From Camelus ferus (lineage: Eukaryota), in NCBI RefSeq assembly GCF_009834535.1, contig NC_045696.1:117988001-118052000 (forward strand): a stretch of DNA of 64,000 nucleotides, in the 5' to 3' direction. The notes beneath the pieces are model-generated. The model was not told where the DNA came from. It was given only the letters and a program-made list of their open reading frames with translations, and did not search any database. Within the stretch, counting starts at the first letter, position 1, and every line of letters starts with the position of its first letter. The position numbers were made by a program, and so were the translations under genes. Shown here in pieces: positions 61,409 to 64,000 of the stretch.

Positions 61409-61789
61409 GATACACATAACTTGGACACAGTTTGTTCCGGAAATCTCCTTCAGGATAAATGGAGGTGAAGCAGAGCAGAGAAGGAAGATGACAGCCATCT
61501 TAGTCTTTCAAAGGCCCCAAAGTGTCACAGAAGTTAGGCAAAAGGACAGGAAGAGGCAAGATCTAAGGGTTAATCTAAGCCTCTCCCCAGAATGGCGGGA
61601 TAATGTAATATGCTGCCTGCAGCTCAGTCACTCAGCAGTCACAAGTCCATCCTGTTCCCTACCTACGAGCAGTTCACAGAATGGAAACGTACAGTAAATG
61701 CCTGAGAATGTAAGATTTTTCATCACAGCCACTGCTTAAATGGCTCATGTTTGGTTGACAAGTCTCTAAATATAATGTATTAATTTAAA

Positions 61790-62005
61790 ATGTGGGCTCT
61801 GGAACCACGTTGCATAAATGCAAAACAAGGCACCTCTTATTAATAAGCCACACAATCATGGGCAACTTACCTAACTGCTTGTGCCTCAGTCTCTCAGTTG
61901 TAAAATGAGGATAATCATATACCTACCTGAAGTTAACTGAGGGTAAATAAACTCTCACAAAAGTACAGTGAATCAAGTATTATAGATTTATTATTAATAT
62001 TATAT
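61790..62005 (+). mobile_element. MIR
   Basis: tgggctctggaacc ... tgggcaacttacctaactgcttgtgcctcagtctctcagttgtaaaatgaggataat. Confidence 0.8.
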
Positions 62006-62384
62006 TCACTGTGACTCTTGCAGCAAACCATGTTTTCATCTTTATATCAGCTTCCAGGGAACTCAGAGACAAGTTTATAACACCCTTTTAGCAACTACAT
62101 AGAACCTAAAGACGTAAGTATTTGTGTCGTAACCCAGTCTTGATCAGAATTCCATTCCCACTTTTACTCTTGACCTAATTTCCCAATCTCTGTATGTTTT
62201 TATCTTGTATTATTAATATCTTTAGAGGTGTCCTCAGAATCTTTTCAAAACAAATATATATATATATATGCAAAAATAAATATTTTTATCTTTTTAAAGT
62301 TGTTCTCAGATTCATTTTGTAACAAAGCATAAATTAAGTGATCATATCTTCCCTGACAAGGCTATGAATTACTCAAACCTAAAG

Positions 62385-62660
62385 GATCCATTTACCTGAC
62401 GAGCAAAAATTCAAAAGTTTGATAACACTCTCTGTTGGTAAGGCTGAGGAAAAACAGGCAATTTGCTAATAGTGAAATCACAGATCCATTAAACTATTGA
62501 CCCAGCATTTTCCCATCCAGGTATTTACCCTACAGATGTACTGGTGCCCAGATGAAATGACCTGTGTACGAAGTTACTCACTTCAGCTTTATTTCTGACA
62601 AGAAGAAATTGGAAACAAAATAAATATCCATCAATAAATGGCTTGGTAAATAAATTATTT
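62385..62660 (+). mobile_element. Ancient L1ME-type ORF2 3' fragment
   Basis: aaagtttgataacactctctgttggtaagg ... ttgacccagcattttcccatccaggtatttaccctacag ... ttggaaacaaaataaatatccatcaata. Confidence 0.75.
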
Positions 62661-63087
62661 ATTTCACTTCTCAAACATTTTTACAAATCTTTGAACTTTT
62701 CATCGTCTGTGGAGACTCAGCCTATGATGTCTGGTGATTGAACTGGTTCCATCAGAACCAGTAAGCACCAGTCTTCACCCTACTCTACCACAATGCCTTA
62801 TCCTGCCAGGCCAGTTTTCTGCTGGTCATTGAGGGTAAGTGAATTGCAGGTACACGAATATATGCACTGTTTTCATTTATTCATTCAGTTTCATATATTG
62901 CTGGTAGGAATGTAAGTTACACTGTTACGGAAGGCACTGGTGCATGAGACCCCAATGTAGAACCTTACAAAGACGGTTGGACTGCTCATATTAGGCCAGA
63001 CACTCATCTTTCATCCAATATGTCTGAGCATTTTACAGACAGCAATCAAAAATGTATATAAAAATAGAGATTTTTAAAAAAATTTCT

Positions 63088-63252
63088 TTTGTATAGCGCA
63101 GGGAACTATGTCCAATATCTTGGAATAATTTTTAATGGAAAAAATATGAAAACAAATATATGTATGTATATGCATGACTGGGACATTGTGCTGTACACCA
63201 GTGAGTGACACATTATAATTGACTGTATTTCAATTAAAATAAATAAATAAAA
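63088..63252 (+). mobile_element. Short L1 3' end (camelid type, different subfamily from 25919-26648)
   Basis: tgtatagcgcagggaactatgtccaatatctt ... tgcatgactgggacattgtgctgtacacca ... ttcaattaaaataaataaa. Confidence 0.88.
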
Positions 63253-63341
63253 TTAGTTCATAATTCCAAAAAATAATCATAATAATGCCCTCCCCCCACA
63301 ACTTTACACCCTGTGATAAACCAAAAACAATAGGTTCATTT

Positions 63342-63873
63342 TATTGGTTTTCTCTGGCTGCAGAACAAATTGACCCCTAAACTTAGCAGCTTAAAACAAT
63401 GAACATTAATTATCTCACATAGTTTCTTGGGTCAGAGATCCAGGAGGGGCTTAGCAAGTGGTTCTGCATCCGGGTCTCTCATGAGGTTGCAGTTAACATT
63501 GTCTAGGGCAGCAATCATCTGAAGGCTTAACTGGGGCAGGAGGATCTGCCTTCAAGGTGGCTCACTCATGCCCAGCGAGTACTGCTGGTAGGAGCTCTCA
63601 GTTTCTCACCACATGGACCTCCCGTAGGGGCTGCTGGAGTGTCCCCACGACACAACAGCTGGCCTGCCCCAGAGAGTGATCCAAGAACAAGCAAGGTGGA
63701 AGCTGTAATGTGTTTAATGACCTAATCTTGAGAGCTACACACCATCTCTCCTACCACGTCCTGTTCTTTGGAAGCAATTCATTGTCTGGCCCACAATCAA
63801 GTGAAGAAGAATTAGCCTCCACCTTTTGAAGGGATAGTTTCAAAGAATCTGTAGACATATTTTTAAACCATCA
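63342..63873 (-). mobile_element. MaLR solo LTR (MLT1F/G-like)
   Basis: aacaaattgacccctaaacttagcagcttaaaacaa ... gggtctctcatgaggttgcagt ... catctgaaggcttaactggggcaggaggatctg ... atttttaaaccatca. Confidence 0.85.
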
Positions 63874-64000
63874 TGATCATCTTGCATGCTTCTAGTTCCC
63901 CAAATAAAAAGTCCTTGGGTATTTCCTGTAAACCTTTAGTTCTCCAATAAAAACAATTTTATCCCAACTTCGGCTAAGCTGATATCTGAAGATGTATCAT

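Noticed and set aside
1..64000. CRISPR array, operon, prophage or other prokaryotic/viral system
   Set aside because: No regularly spaced direct repeats, dense ORFs or retroviral gag/pol/env sequence; the window is CpG-depleted mammalian DNA with only solo LTRs.

Overview
This is 64 kb of non-coding mammalian genomic DNA, almost certainly camelid (alpaca/llama/camel). The basis is four copies of a tRNA-derived SINE matching the camelid Vic-1 family, plus cetartiodactyl-type L1 3' ends, and no Alu, Bov-A/BovB or PRE elements. I found no credible protein-coding gene, functional tRNA/rRNA, CRISPR array or prokaryotic system. The only ORFs with recognisable homology are decayed L1 ORF2 and CR1/L3 reverse-transcriptase remnants. 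The window is a mosaic of young and old L1 fragments (several with visible target-site duplications, TSDs), L2, MIR, MaLR/ERVL solo LTRs, hAT MITEs, microsatellites and one 100-N assembly gap. Between them lie repeat-poor AT-rich blocks rich in homeodomain/SOX/FOX motifs, which suggest a long intron or gene desert of a developmental gene that I cannot name. I cannot support a novel biological system here. The best leads are a multi-layer L1 nest, candidate non-coding/micro-exons and AG|GT sites, an orphan CpG patch, a GC-converted L2 tail beside a CTCF-like palindrome, an ancient palindromic MER135-like element and candidate enhancers. Repeat subfamily names come from my recollection of consensus sequences, and boundaries of old repeats are approximate.
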